From the NCBI GenBank assembly GCA_041687295.1, contig JAWLCG010000001.1, positions 1 to 60,779 of the forward strand: a stretch of DNA of 60,779 bases. The letters are read 5' to 3'. The notes beneath the pieces were generated by a model. That model was given only the letters and a program-made list of their open reading frames with translations. It was not told the DNA's origin and ran no database searches. The DNA is from Phycisphaerae bacterium. GTDB lineage: Bacteria; Planctomycetota; Phycisphaerae; SM23-33; FEN-1343. Made by a program: the position numbers and the translations under genes. Of the stretch, positions 32,596 through 42,500 are shown in pieces (the stretch's first letter is position 1; each line of letters begins with the position of its first letter).

Positions 32596-35043
32596 CTACG
32601 GTCGGGGCGACTCCAGCAGGCGGACGATATCGGCATGGCCTGCGTTGCGGGCGCGCTCGGCCGGGGTGATGCCGTCGCTGTCCTCGGCGGCCGGATCGGC
32701 GCCGGCGTGCAGCAGCGCCTTGACCGCCTCGGCGTGGCCGTGGCGGGCGGCCTGGTGCAGCGGCGTCTCGCGGGTGCGGGGGCCCATGGCGTTGACGTCG
32801 GCGCCTCGGCCCAGCAGGTTGAGGACGGCCTCGACGTCGCCGCGACCCGCGGCGTCGCGCAGCTCGGCGCCGAATCGGCCGTCGCCGGCCACCGGCGGAT
32901 CGGGCGGGGCGGCGCGGGCGGGCGTGCGGGGGGCGTCGGGGTCGGTCGGCTGGCGCGACAGCAGGGCTAGCACGCGGTCGAACGCCTTGGGCCGGGCCAG
33001 GTCGGCCGGCGCGGTGCCCTGGGCGTCGCGGGCGTCGGGGTCGGCCCCGGCGGCGATCAGGGCGGCGACCACGCGGTCGTAGCCCTCGTCGGCGGCGTAG
33101 TGCAGGGGCGTGCGACCCTGCGCGTCGCGGGCGTTCACGTCGGCGCCCGCCTCGATCAGCGTCTCGACCAGGTCGGCCTCGATGAATGGCCGGGCCAGCA
33201 GGCCCATCCACGCCGCCCAGTGCAGCGGCGTGCGGCCGGCGGCGTCGCGGGCCTCCAGTTCGGCCCCGGCCTGGAGGATCATGCGAAGCTTCCGCTCGGA
33301 CCAGTCGCGCGGGTATCGCCAGCCGAGGAAGTCGTTGGCGACCACGCTGTGCAGGGCCGTCCAGCCATCGTCGGTGGTGGCCGAGACGTCCCCGCCGGCG
33401 GCCAGGATCATCGCCAGAACCTCCGGGGCCGTCTGGACGTAGCCGGCGGCGGCCGCGTGGACCGGCGTCCAGCCGTCGTGGGCCCGGGCGTTCACGTCGG
33501 CGCCGTTGTCCAGCAGGAAGCGGACCATCTCGACCTGTCCCCACAGGACGGCCCGATGCAGCGGCCCCCAGCCGTTGGGGTTGCGGGCGTTGATGTCCGT
33601 GCCGGCGGCCAGCTCGCGCTGCACCCAGTTCATCTCGCCCAGCTCGGCCCCGCGGGCGATGCCGACCCAGTCGGCCGACTCCGGCGGCGGGGTCAGCAGG
33701 GCCTTGAGCTGTTCGACGTCGCGGACCGTCTCGCGGATCGCCCCGTCGCGCAGGTCGGCCTCGGGGCCGTTCTGCAGCGTGGCTATGCTCATGGCCGGCA
33801 GGGTCAGCGAAGCGGGCTGGCCGGCCAGTGCGTCCCGGGCGGCCCAGGGGTCCTGCTCGGTCGAGACGTAGACGCGGTAGCCACCCTGCCCGGCCGGCAG
33901 GTCGAGCGTCACCTCGGCGGGCTCCTGGCCACGGTTGACCAGCACGATCGTGGTCTGGTCGGCCTGGCGGTAGGCGCTGGCCAGCAGGTCCCTGTCGGAG
34001 CTGTCGGCCCCGACGCGGACGGCCCCGGGCCGGATGAACCGGTAGAAGTGCTTGGCCGGCCAGTAGCCCAGGCGTGGGCCCTGGGTGTTGTACAGGTCGG
34101 TGAACTGCCAGAACAGCCACGCGCTGACGTGCCCGCCGACGAGGGCGTCATGGATGGCGTTGGCCCGCTCGACGGCCGCCGGCCAGCGGTCGGCCTGGCC
34201 GCCGGTCTCGGTCATCCACACCTGCCGGCCGGTGGGGGCGACGTACTCGTGGAACTTCGCCCAGTCGTCGTAGCCGCCCTTGCGGTGCGTGCAGAACAGG
34301 CCGCGGAAGTCCCGCGTCTGCGGGTCGGCCAGCGTCGGCTCGATGTACCAGATCATCCGATCGGGGAACATCATGTCCTCGGGCATCATGAGCAGCGTGT
34401 CCAGCCCGTCGGCGCGGAAGCGGGCGTCGACGGCCCGGACGGCCTCGCGGATCTGGGCGGGGTTGTAGATGCACGAGTTGTAGAACTCCAGGAACAGCAG
34501 CTCGTTCTGCGGGCTCAGGCTAAGGATGGGGATGCCCCACTCGCGGTCGGCCCAGGTCACGAAGGCGGCCAGGTACTCGGCGAACTCCTCGCGCATGTCC
34601 GGGCGCAGGTGCCCGCCTTGCACGGTCGAGCGGTTGGTCTTCATGAACTCCGGCGGCGACCACAGCGAGGCGGTGAACCGCTGCACCCCGCGATCCTGGA
34701 ACTGCTTGGCGAACTGCATCCGCGCGTTCATGTGCCCGCGGTTCAGGGCGTCGAAGTCGGTGTCGGCGGGGTCGTCGTTGTCGTTGACGGGCTCCATGTC
34801 CTCGGGCACGGGGATGCGGACCATGCTGACGCCGAGGTCGTAGACCATCACGTCGAAGAAGGCCGGGTCGGCATACTCCGGCAGCAGCTTCCAACTGACG
34901 AAGCAGGCGCCGAAGCCCTCCATGGTCTGGAATGTCTGGTCCGGGGCGAACTTCACCTGCACCGCCCGCTGGGCCATCGCCGGGCCGGCCAGCATCGCCA
35001 GCGCCGCCACCACCGCCGCCGCCACGAGAATCCGCCTGGACAT
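32596..35043 (-). CDS. secreted glycoside hydrolase family 30-like domain fused to C-terminal ankyrin repeats
   Basis: Signal peptide MSRRILVAAAVVAALAMLAGPAMAQ. GH30-like segments (MEGFGA..., SLWSPPEFMK, LSPQNEL, VWMTETG, beta-sandwich tail). From ~aa 470 there are repeated ..G.TPLH.AA..G....V..L...GADVNA.. ankyrin units. Confidence 0.85.
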   Translation of the reverse strand: MSRRILVAAAVVAALAMLAGPAMAQRAVQVKFAPDQTFQTMEGFGACFVSWKLLPEYADPAFFDVMVYDLGVSMVRIPVPEDMEPVNDNDDPADTDFDALNRGHMNARMQFAKQFQDRGVQRFTASLWSPPEFMKTNRSTVQGGHLRPDMREEFAEYLAAFVTWADREWGIPILSLSPQNELLFLEFYNSCIYNPAQIREAVRAVDARFRADGLDTLLMMPEDMMFPDRMIWYIEPTLADPQTRDFRGLFCTHRKGGYDDWAKFHEYVAPTGRQVWMTETGGQADRWPAAVERANAIHDALVGGHVSAWLFWQFTDLYNTQGPRLGYWPAKHFYRFIRPGAVRVGADSSDRDLLASAYRQADQTTIVLVNRGQEPAEVTLDLPAGQGGYRVYVSTEQDPWAARDALAGQPASLTLPAMSIATLQNGPEADLRDGAIRETVRDVEQLKALLTPPPESADWVGIARGAELGEMNWVQRELAAGTDINARNPNGWGPLHRAVLWGQVEMVRFLLDNGADVNARAHDGWTPVHAAAAGYVQTAPEVLAMILAAGGDVSATTDDGWTALHSVVANDFLGWRYPRDWSERKLRMILQAGAELEARDAAGRTPLHWAAWMGLLARPFIEADLVETLIEAGADVNARDAQGRTPLHYAADEGYDRVVAALIAAGADPDARDAQGTAPADLARPKAFDRVLALLSRQPTDPDAPRTPARAAPPDPPVAGDGRFGAELRDAAGRGDVEAVLNLLGRGADVNAMGPRTRETPLHQAARHGHAEAVKALLHAGADPAAEDSDGITPAERARNAGHADIVRLLESPRP

Positions 35044-35223
35044 GCCGCTGTCTCCTTTGCTGAAGGGTTCGCACTAACCATAGCCGCTCGGCCGCCCCGC
35101 GTCCACGCCCAGCCTGGGCGAACGACCCACGCCCTTGCCAAGCCCACGCCTGACGGGTAGCATCGCGGCCAACCGACGCGATCCCGAGGGGCCGCGCGAT
35201 CACCACTCGCGGAAAGGGGCACC

Positions 35224-35595
35224 ATGGCCGAACCATCAGACCCCGGCAAAGGCAAGCTGCCGGTTGAGGACTCTCAGGATGAAGTCGATTGGCGTGCTCG
35301 CTCATGGAGCTATGGGCCCACGCGCCGGCCGCTGTGGCTGGCGCACAAGCCGACCACCGCGGGCATCGTGCTGATCATGCTGGGCAGCGGGGTCCTGATC
35401 GCCCACGTGGCCTTGCTGGTCCACCACCTCGGCGACCTGGCGGCCGACCTGCTCTTCGCGCCGGCCGGCACGGGCCTGGTGCTGGGCCTGGGCCTCGTCA
35501 TCGCCGGCCTGCTGTGCCGCGAACGGCCCTACTGGCCCCCGCTGCCGCAGACGTCAAAACCCCAGGCCCAAGAGGCCGACACCTCGGTGCAGTGA
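35224..35595 (+). CDS. small membrane protein, hypothetical
   Basis: AAAGGGG RBS. Acidic N-terminus, then two hydrophobic helices (AGIVLIMLGSGVLIAHVALLV, GLVLGLGLVIAGLL). No family recognised. Confidence 0.55.
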   Translation: MAEPSDPGKGKLPVEDSQDEVDWRARSWSYGPTRRPLWLAHKPTTAGIVLIMLGSGVLIAHVALLVHHLGDLAADLLFAPAGTGLVLGLGLVIAGLLCRERPYWPPLPQTSKPQAQEADTSVQ

Positions 35596-35606
35596 TACAC
35601 TAACGC

Positions 35607-36416
35607 ATGGAGACGCCCGTGACGACCGTCAACGACATCATCGCCTACGTCCACCGCCTCCGGGGCCAGGGGCTCAACCGCGACGAGGGGATCTTCCACG
35701 GCTCGGCCGAGGCCGAGGTGCGGGGCGTGACGGTGTGCTGGATGGCGACCGCCGACGCCATCACCGCCGCGGGCGAGGCGGGCCATCAGCTCGTGCTGGC
35801 CCACGAGAGCCCCTTCTACCCCTACGACCTGGCGATCCGGCCCGACCCGCCGGCGGGCTGGGAGCGATGGGCCGTCAACCGCCAGCGCCGCGAAGGGCTC
35901 GACCGCTTCGGCCTGGTCGGCCTGCGGGTCCACGGCTCGATGGACGAGATCTGCATCTTCGACGACTTCGCCGCGCTGCTGGGCCTCGGCGAGGCGGTCG
36001 AGGCCGAGGGGCTCGTCAAGGTCTACGAGATCCCCGCGTGCACGCTGGGCGAGTTGGTCGCCCGGGTGCAGCGGGCGACGGGGCTGGGGCACCTGCGCCT
36101 CTCGGCCCCGCGGGGGATGGACCAGCGCGTGCACCGCGTGGGCCTGCCATGGGGCGGCCTGGGGCAGTTCGTCAACGTGAGCTACCAGCAACGGCTGATC
36201 GATCGCGGCTGCGACGTCTTCATCGCCGGCGAAACCGACAGCTACGGCTTGCGCTTCTCGGCGGAGGTCGGCATCCCCATGATCGAGACCAGCCACGAGG
36301 TCAGCGAGAACCCCGGCATCCGCCATTTCAGTCAGATGCTGGCGGCCGAGTTCCCCGCCCTGGACGTCGTCTTCTACGAGAACCCCACCATCTGGCGGTA
36401 CGAGGACGTGGACTGA
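35607..36416 (+). CDS. Nif3-like dinuclear metal centre protein (DUF34/GTP cyclohydrolase 1 type 2 homolog)
   Basis: ...LVLAHESPFYP... and ...DVFIAGETDSYG...IPMIETSHEVSENPG... correspond to the conserved His/Glu metal-ligand blocks of the NIF3 family. Confidence 0.8.
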   Translation: METPVTTVNDIIAYVHRLRGQGLNRDEGIFHGSAEAEVRGVTVCWMATADAITAAGEAGHQLVLAHESPFYPYDLAIRPDPPAGWERWAVNRQRREGLDRFGLVGLRVHGSMDEICIFDDFAALLGLGEAVEAEGLVKVYEIPACTLGELVARVQRATGLGHLRLSAPRGMDQRVHRVGLPWGGLGQFVNVSYQQRLIDRGCDVFIAGETDSYGLRFSAEVGIPMIETSHEVSENPGIRHFSQMLAAEFPALDVVFYENPTIWRYEDVD

Positions 36417-36442
36417 CGCCTCGGCCGATCGGCTCGCGACGT

Positions 36443-36525
36443 GCCTCCGGCCCAAGCCCACGAATCGCTTTGCGGAGGCTTCTGCGGCGGGCCGTTCGGC
36501 TGGTGGCACAACGTATCCGCACGTC
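36443..36525 (+). repeat. intergenic repeat copy A (shared 20-mer GCCTCCGGCCCAAGCCCACG plus GGCACAACG block)
   Basis: 20/20 identity with 55841-55860. A second conserved block GGCACAACG(T/C).(T/C)CCGCA sits at the same +62 offset. A local hairpin GCCTCCG/CGGAGGC spans 36443-36479. Lies in a convergent gap. Confidence 0.5.
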
Positions 36526-36554
36526 CGAAGGTCGAGCACTCACGCCCCGCTGGA

Positions 36555-37679
36555 TTACTCCGCAGTCTTCGGCGTCACGCCGGTGTGGGGGTTTGTCGTG
36601 ACGACCTCCCATACAGTCTGCTGCAGGGCGTGGATGAGGGCAGCGTCCTGCTGGGGGTCGAACTGCTCATAGGGCTCGGCGGTCAGACCGACGGGGCTCT
36701 GCCCGGTGAGCGTGGCGTAGACGGTCAGGGCGGCCACGTACGAGCCGATCGTGCCGGAGTCGGGCCCGTTGTGGGGCTGGTCGTTCATATGGACGCCATC
36801 GGCGTAGAAGTTCAGCACGCCGGCCGACGGTTCGAAGCGATCGGGATCGAAGGGTGAGGGACCCTTGTTGTTACGGCGGCTCTTGACGTAGTAGGCCTGG
36901 TTGCGGGCGTAGAAGGCCTCGATGCCGGGCAGTTCGCCGGCGCGGATTCTCTGGTCCAGCGCCGCCAACACCTGTCCGGCAGGGATCATCCGCACCGGCT
37001 GGGGGAGGTCGGCGTACTGCTGATTGAGGCGGGCGACAAGCTTGCCATAGAAGTCGGCCGACATCTGTACGCCCCCGCTGTAGGGCTGGGCGTATGCGTC
37101 GGCGTAGCTGCCGACCTGGAGGACCTCCTCGGCGCTGGGCCAGGTGGCGTAGATGTAGAATCGGCCCGTGGCGACGTTGTCGGTGTTGGCGTGTTCGCGG
37201 TCCCACCGGCCGGGGCCGGGCCGGGTCTGGGCGCGGGCGTAGTCGATCAGCCCACTGGCGGCCTGCAGCGAGCCGGCGTCGTGGTAGGGCCAGCGGTCGC
37301 TGATCTGCTCGGGCTTGTCCAACTCGTCGCGGTAGGGCTGCAGGACGATGGCGTCGAAGGTGAACTGCGTGAACGCCTCCGGCCAAGGCCCATAGGGCTC
37401 CCGGGTGTTAAAGGTGCCCTCGCCCGGAGCGTTGCCGTGATTGCGCATCACCAGGTGCTGCTCGAGCCGATGGCCCCCGCCGAGTTGCATGCCGTAGTCG
37501 TAGTCGAAGCCCGCTGAGGCGAACAGCTCGGCCAGCCGCTCCAGCGGCAGGTTCCGCGTCAGGCTGTTGCCGATGTAGTAGACGTCCATATCCCGGTCGG
37601 CCTGGTCAACGGCCCCGGCGAATGAGGCAGCCAGGCCCAGCGCAAACGTCAGGGCTACGAGTGTGCGGCGCGATCCCAT
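36555..37679 (-). CDS. secreted SGNH/GDSL-like hydrolase (tentative)
   Basis: Signal peptide MGSRRTLVALTFALGLAASFAGA. Block I-like YYIGNSLT and block V-like DGVHMN. Confidence 0.75.
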   Translation of the reverse strand: MGSRRTLVALTFALGLAASFAGAVDQADRDMDVYYIGNSLTRNLPLERLAELFASAGFDYDYGMQLGGGHRLEQHLVMRNHGNAPGEGTFNTREPYGPWPEAFTQFTFDAIVLQPYRDELDKPEQISDRWPYHDAGSLQAASGLIDYARAQTRPGPGRWDREHANTDNVATGRFYIYATWPSAEEVLQVGSYADAYAQPYSGGVQMSADFYGKLVARLNQQYADLPQPVRMIPAGQVLAALDQRIRAGELPGIEAFYARNQAYYVKSRRNNKGPSPFDPDRFEPSAGVLNFYADGVHMNDQPHNGPDSGTIGSYVAALTVYATLTGQSPVGLTAEPYEQFDPQQDAALIHALQQTVWEVVTTNPHTGVTPKTAE

Positions 37680-37986
37680 AGCGGTCCTCCAGAAGGTGCC
37701 CCTCGGGGCGGCCAGTGGTCTCTACCGCAGGGTAGCCCGCCCCGCTTCCGCCGTCAAAGCGTTTCTGGCCGACGCCGCTTTGGCGCGGACCTCCAGACAC
37801 GTCCCCCACGGGTGCCATGGCCGATTGCTGCCATGTTGAGTCCTCGCACGCCCAGCCGTCTGCGAAAGACACCCCTGGCCGGGCGGCCGGGGCAGCCCGT
37901 GGACGAGGGTCCTTCACGCGGAGGTCCTTGCTCCTCCGCTTGGCTGCACGCGGTCGTGTCACCCGTTATGGAGGCTGCAAGCCAAC

Positions 37987-39565
37987 CTACAGCGGGCTCA
38001 GCGCGATCAGGATGTCCACCAGGTCGGCGGCGCCATCGGCCGAGGTAGGTTCCCGGGTCTCATGGACGGCCGTCAGGGCCTCCAAGGCCTCGCTCGTCAG
38101 CGTGGCTAACTGGGCCAGCGCGGGCGTCGTCGGGGTGGACGGCAGGGCCAGCAGGTCGGCCTCGCCATCGGCTGCGGCCAGCTCGACCTCCAGGCCCGCC
38201 CAGCTCTGGCCGGAGGGGTCGGCGTCGGTCGTCTCGCCCGCCTCGGGGGCCGACACGGCCTGCACGGGCTCGACCCACGGGGTGGGCCCGGCCGCCAGGA
38301 CCGGCTCGCTGGAGGCGGTCGCCTCCGCTGGCGGCGCGGACGGCAGCGACGGCAGGACCTCGCCCCAGTTGCTCAGGACGATGCTGAGGTCGCGGTCGTC
38401 GACCACGCCGTCGCGCATCGTGTCGCCGTCGGCCGGGCCCACGCCGGTGTCGGACCAGTGGCTCAGCAGGACACTAAGGTCGCGGTCGTCGACGGCGCCG
38501 TCGCCGTTGCTGTCGCCGGGCAGGCTGCCGAAGCGGAAGCTGTAGGGCTCGACGAATCCCAGGCTGGTGTTGGCGGTGATCTCGACCCAGCCGTTGCGGA
38601 GCGTCCCGTCGGGCCAGGTGAGGGTCCCGCGGTCGCTGCCGCCGGTGCCCGCGCCGGCGCGGACGCTGACGATCGGGGCCGGGCCGGCCTGCCAACTCGT
38701 CCCATCGGTGGTGAAGCGGACGAGGAAGTCGCTGGCCGAAACCGCCCAGCCATCCAGACCGGCCAGATCGACCATGACGCCGTTGATGCCCTGGGCACTG
38801 CTGGAGACGTTGACGCTCGAGGCCGTCTGCCCCGGCAGCAGCTCCACGATGGCCGGGTCGATGGCGGCGTCGTCCAGTTCGTTCGCCGCGGGGTCGTAGC
38901 CGTCCCACACCGAGCGGTTGTAGAACAGGTGCACATCGGCCAGGCTCACCGCCGGCAGGTTCGACTCGACCTGCACGGTGAAGGTCGCCAGGTCGCTCAG
39001 GCCGTCCTGGGTGTCGGTGACCCGCACGGCCACCGTGCGGGTGCCCACGCTGGCGTAGGTGTGCTCGAGGCGGAAGGTGCGGTCCAGCAGCGTCAACGGC
39101 TGGAAGCTGGGGTTGGCCACATCGTAGTCCCAGTCCACCTCGGCCAGCCAGGCGTCATTGCCGGGGTCGACGAACGCGCCGTCGAGGAAGAAGCTCTCGC
39201 CCACCCAGGCCCCCACCGTCGTGCCCTCGGCGTCCAGCGCGATGGTCGGGCCGACGGCCTCAATGGCCACGGTCACGGTGTAGTCGTTGTAGGCCCCGTC
39301 GGGGTCGCTCACCCGGCCACGGATGGTGACCGAGCCGGGCCCGTCGGCGACGTACTGGGCCGGCACCTCAACAGTGGCGATGGCGGAGCCGACGATCTCG
39401 CCGGGGTCGGCGAAGTCGCCGTCGTTGTTGAAGTCGAAGCTGTAGACCAGCCCGGCCAGGTCGGCCGGTGAGGCGTCGGCGGCGTCGGTGAAGCTCACCG
39501 TCAGCGGTCCGCCCTCGGCGACGGCGGACGGGGCGGTGAGCGTGGCGGTCGGTGAGGAACGGAAG
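37987..39565 (-). CDS. giant-gene segment 5: PKD-like domains and dockerin-like C-terminal repeats
   Basis: ...PLTVSFTDAADASP...YSFDFNNDGDF... (PKD-like). DSNGDGAVDDRDLSVLLSHW and DGVVDDRDLSIVLSNWG (dockerin type I-like pair). No start codon where the coding signal begins. Confidence 0.6.
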
Positions 39566-42500
39566 GCTCGGCGTCGCCAGCCAACCGCCGAGGTTGGCCG
39601 ACCGCTCGATCGTGGCGCCCTCGTCGACCAGCACGGGCCCGCCGACGTCGACCGCCTCGGCGTTTCCGAAGTTGGCACCCTGGACGATCGGCTCGCCGTC
39701 GTGGACCAGCACGGCCCGGGCGCCCTTGAAGACCGAGAAGTCCGCGTCGATGCGGATGTCGTCGATCACCCAGCCTTCGTAACTGTTGGAGTAGGCGTCG
39801 ACCGAGTCGAAGCTGAAGGCGATCTGGATCGGGTCGATCGACGTGACGCGTCCCTCGGCACCGGCCGAGAGGTACAGCCTCCCGTCGGGGCCCCAGGCCA
39901 GGCGGGCGTCGTCGTCGCAGTTGGTGACAGTCTCGGTCCGCAGGACATTGCCCGAGACGCTGGCGACGGGGTTGCCCGCTGCATCGAAGACGCGGATAGC
40001 CCGCTGGTAGACCCCGTTACCGGCATCGCGCTTGACCAGCACGTACAGCCGGCCGTTCGAGCCGACGGCGAGGTCGAGCAGGTCCCCCTGCATCTCGGCC
40101 TGGTCGACGACGGTGGAGTAGACGCCGCTGGTCGTGATGCGGTAGACCACGTCCCGGCCAGCGTAGGTGGACACGCGGGCCCCGGCGTACAGTTCGCCGG
40201 TGCGGCTGGCCTCGAGGCGGAAGTCGGCGGTGTAGCTGCCCAGCACAGGCATGTAGGGGCTGGTGACCGCGGCCAGGTCGTGCGTGCGGTAGGCCCGGCC
40301 CTGGCGGGTGACCGGGTCGACCATGAGGACCATGTCGTCGACGACGATCAGGTCGGTCGGGCACGGCGAGCCGGGGCTGGCCAGCTGCACGCTGCGGATG
40401 TGCCGCCCGGTCGTCGGGTCGATCTTGAGCAGCTCGCCCCGCTCGGGGTCGATGGCGAACAGGTAGCCGCTGGGCCCGAACGCTCCCGCGCTGACGCGGG
40501 CGGCGCCGGTGTCGCGCCAGGTCTTGGTCGAGGCTGCCACCTTCACCAGGCTCCACGGGCTGCTCATCGTGGCCGCCGAGTACTCAAGCACCTCGGCCGA
40601 GCCGGCGGCGCCCACGAAGATGCCCCAGCCGTTGGGGTCGAACAGATCGCCCAGCACACCATGGCTGCGCGAGATCACCAGGCCGGTGCCCTGCCCCGCG
40701 TCGGGGCGGTCGGCCTGCACGTTCAGCATGCTGTCGGTACTGCTGATGCGGACGGTGGCCTGCGTGATGCCGGCCGCGATGAGGTTGCGGATCTGGGCGG
40801 TGATGTTCGCGCGGAGCGCCTGGGTGCCCTCGGCGGTCGTCACCGGCAGGTAGGCGCTGGAGTAGAGGGTGAACTGCCCGTCACGAGCGGTAATCAGGCC
40901 GTCGCCGGCCTCGGTGAACACGTCCAGCCGCAGCGAGCGCGTCAGCGGGCCGCGCTGGTCGATGGCGCTGGTCGCGCTGCCGTCGGTCACCCACAGCACC
41001 GATTGGCCGGTGGCCGGGTCGGCCTGGTCGAAGTAGGCCAGCCCGTCCACGACGCCCACATGCTGCAGGGCGGTTCGGCGGTCGCCGTCGGCCAGCTTCC
41101 GCACGCCGCGCGACGACGCCAGCCACAGCTGCCGGCTGTAGCCGTCGATCGCGTCACGCTGGAAGATCACCCGGTCCTCCCGCAGCGCCCAGGCCGTCGT
41201 CACGGCATAGTTGCCCGCCTCGTCGCGGTCGAGCAGGTCGACCTGGCTCTTCTCGCCGTCGCTACTGACGCGGTAGAGGCTGAACATCGCGTCGTCGGCG
41301 TGGAAGAGGTAGGCTGTCTTGGCATCGAGGCTGACGGCGACGGCCTGGAAGGCCGGCTCGGTCACCTTGCCCAACTGGGCCGCCACGCTGAAGGGCTTGT
41401 CACTGCCATCGGTCAGCAGGATGCGGTGGTAGCCGTCTTCGCCCAGGCCCACGAACATCAGCTGGCCGCCGAGGTTCGCCAGGCCAGCCGGGTGCGTCGC
41501 CTCCGGGAGGCTCTGCACCGGGCGGAGGCTGTCGGCCTTGCCCGGCTCGGCCGTGAAGAGCGTGGGCTGGAAGCCGAAGTCCTTGGTCTCCTGCCCGCCC
41601 AGGAAGAAGGGTCGGCCGGCGACCACGACTGCCTGATCCAGCGGCGTCTGGCCGATGGGCAGCGCGATCTGGCCCAGCGAGCGCGGGGCGCCCTCGATAA
41701 AGTGGTACAGTTCGAACGCGTCGTTGCCGTCGGTGCCGCCGAGGCGCCGGCTGGCGAACAGCGTCCGCCCGTCGTCGCTGGGCAGCAGGCCCGTCACGGC
41801 CGCCGCATCGCCGAACTCGGTGGCCGACACCGACCAGCCGCCGTAGCCGTCGGACTCGACGCGGAAGATCTCGCGCCGGTCGTAGGAGCCCGCCTCGAAC
41901 CACACTGCCCCGTCCACGGCCGTCAGGTGGCGGATATTCGTCTCGCCAGTGCCGGCCGCCAGTTCGGTGACGCGGAGGGCATCCTTGCCGTCGAAGACCC
42001 ACAGCTCCTCGCCGTGGACCTGATCGGTCCCGACGAAGAACACGTACTCGCCGGCGGAGACCATCACGGACTCTTCAGTGAAGCCGGCCGGCACGTCGGC
42101 AATGCGTTCCGTGCCGCCGATGGTGCCGTTGGTCATCCACAGGCCATTGATCGCACTGCCGGTGCCCTGGGCGAGGAACAGCGTCTTGCCCTGCCACTGC
42201 ACGAAGCCGCCCGGGCGGGTGAAGCTCAGCTCCGGCCGGGCCAATGCGTTCAGGACGACCTCGACCTTCTCCAGCGAGGCCGGGTCCTGGAGGTTCTCCA
42301 GCAGGTTCGAGAAGTCGAACTCCAGCACCGTCTTGGCGCCGAGGCTGCCCCCGATGGCCAGCGAGGGCGCGGTGTCGTCGAGCCCGCCGGGCAGGTGCGG
42401 CCCGATCGTGCCGGCCGGGCCGGCGTAGGTCACCACGCGGTCGGTGTAGGCCGGGCGCAGCAGGCGGATGAAGTCGCCCGCCTGCCCGTCGCCGACAGTG

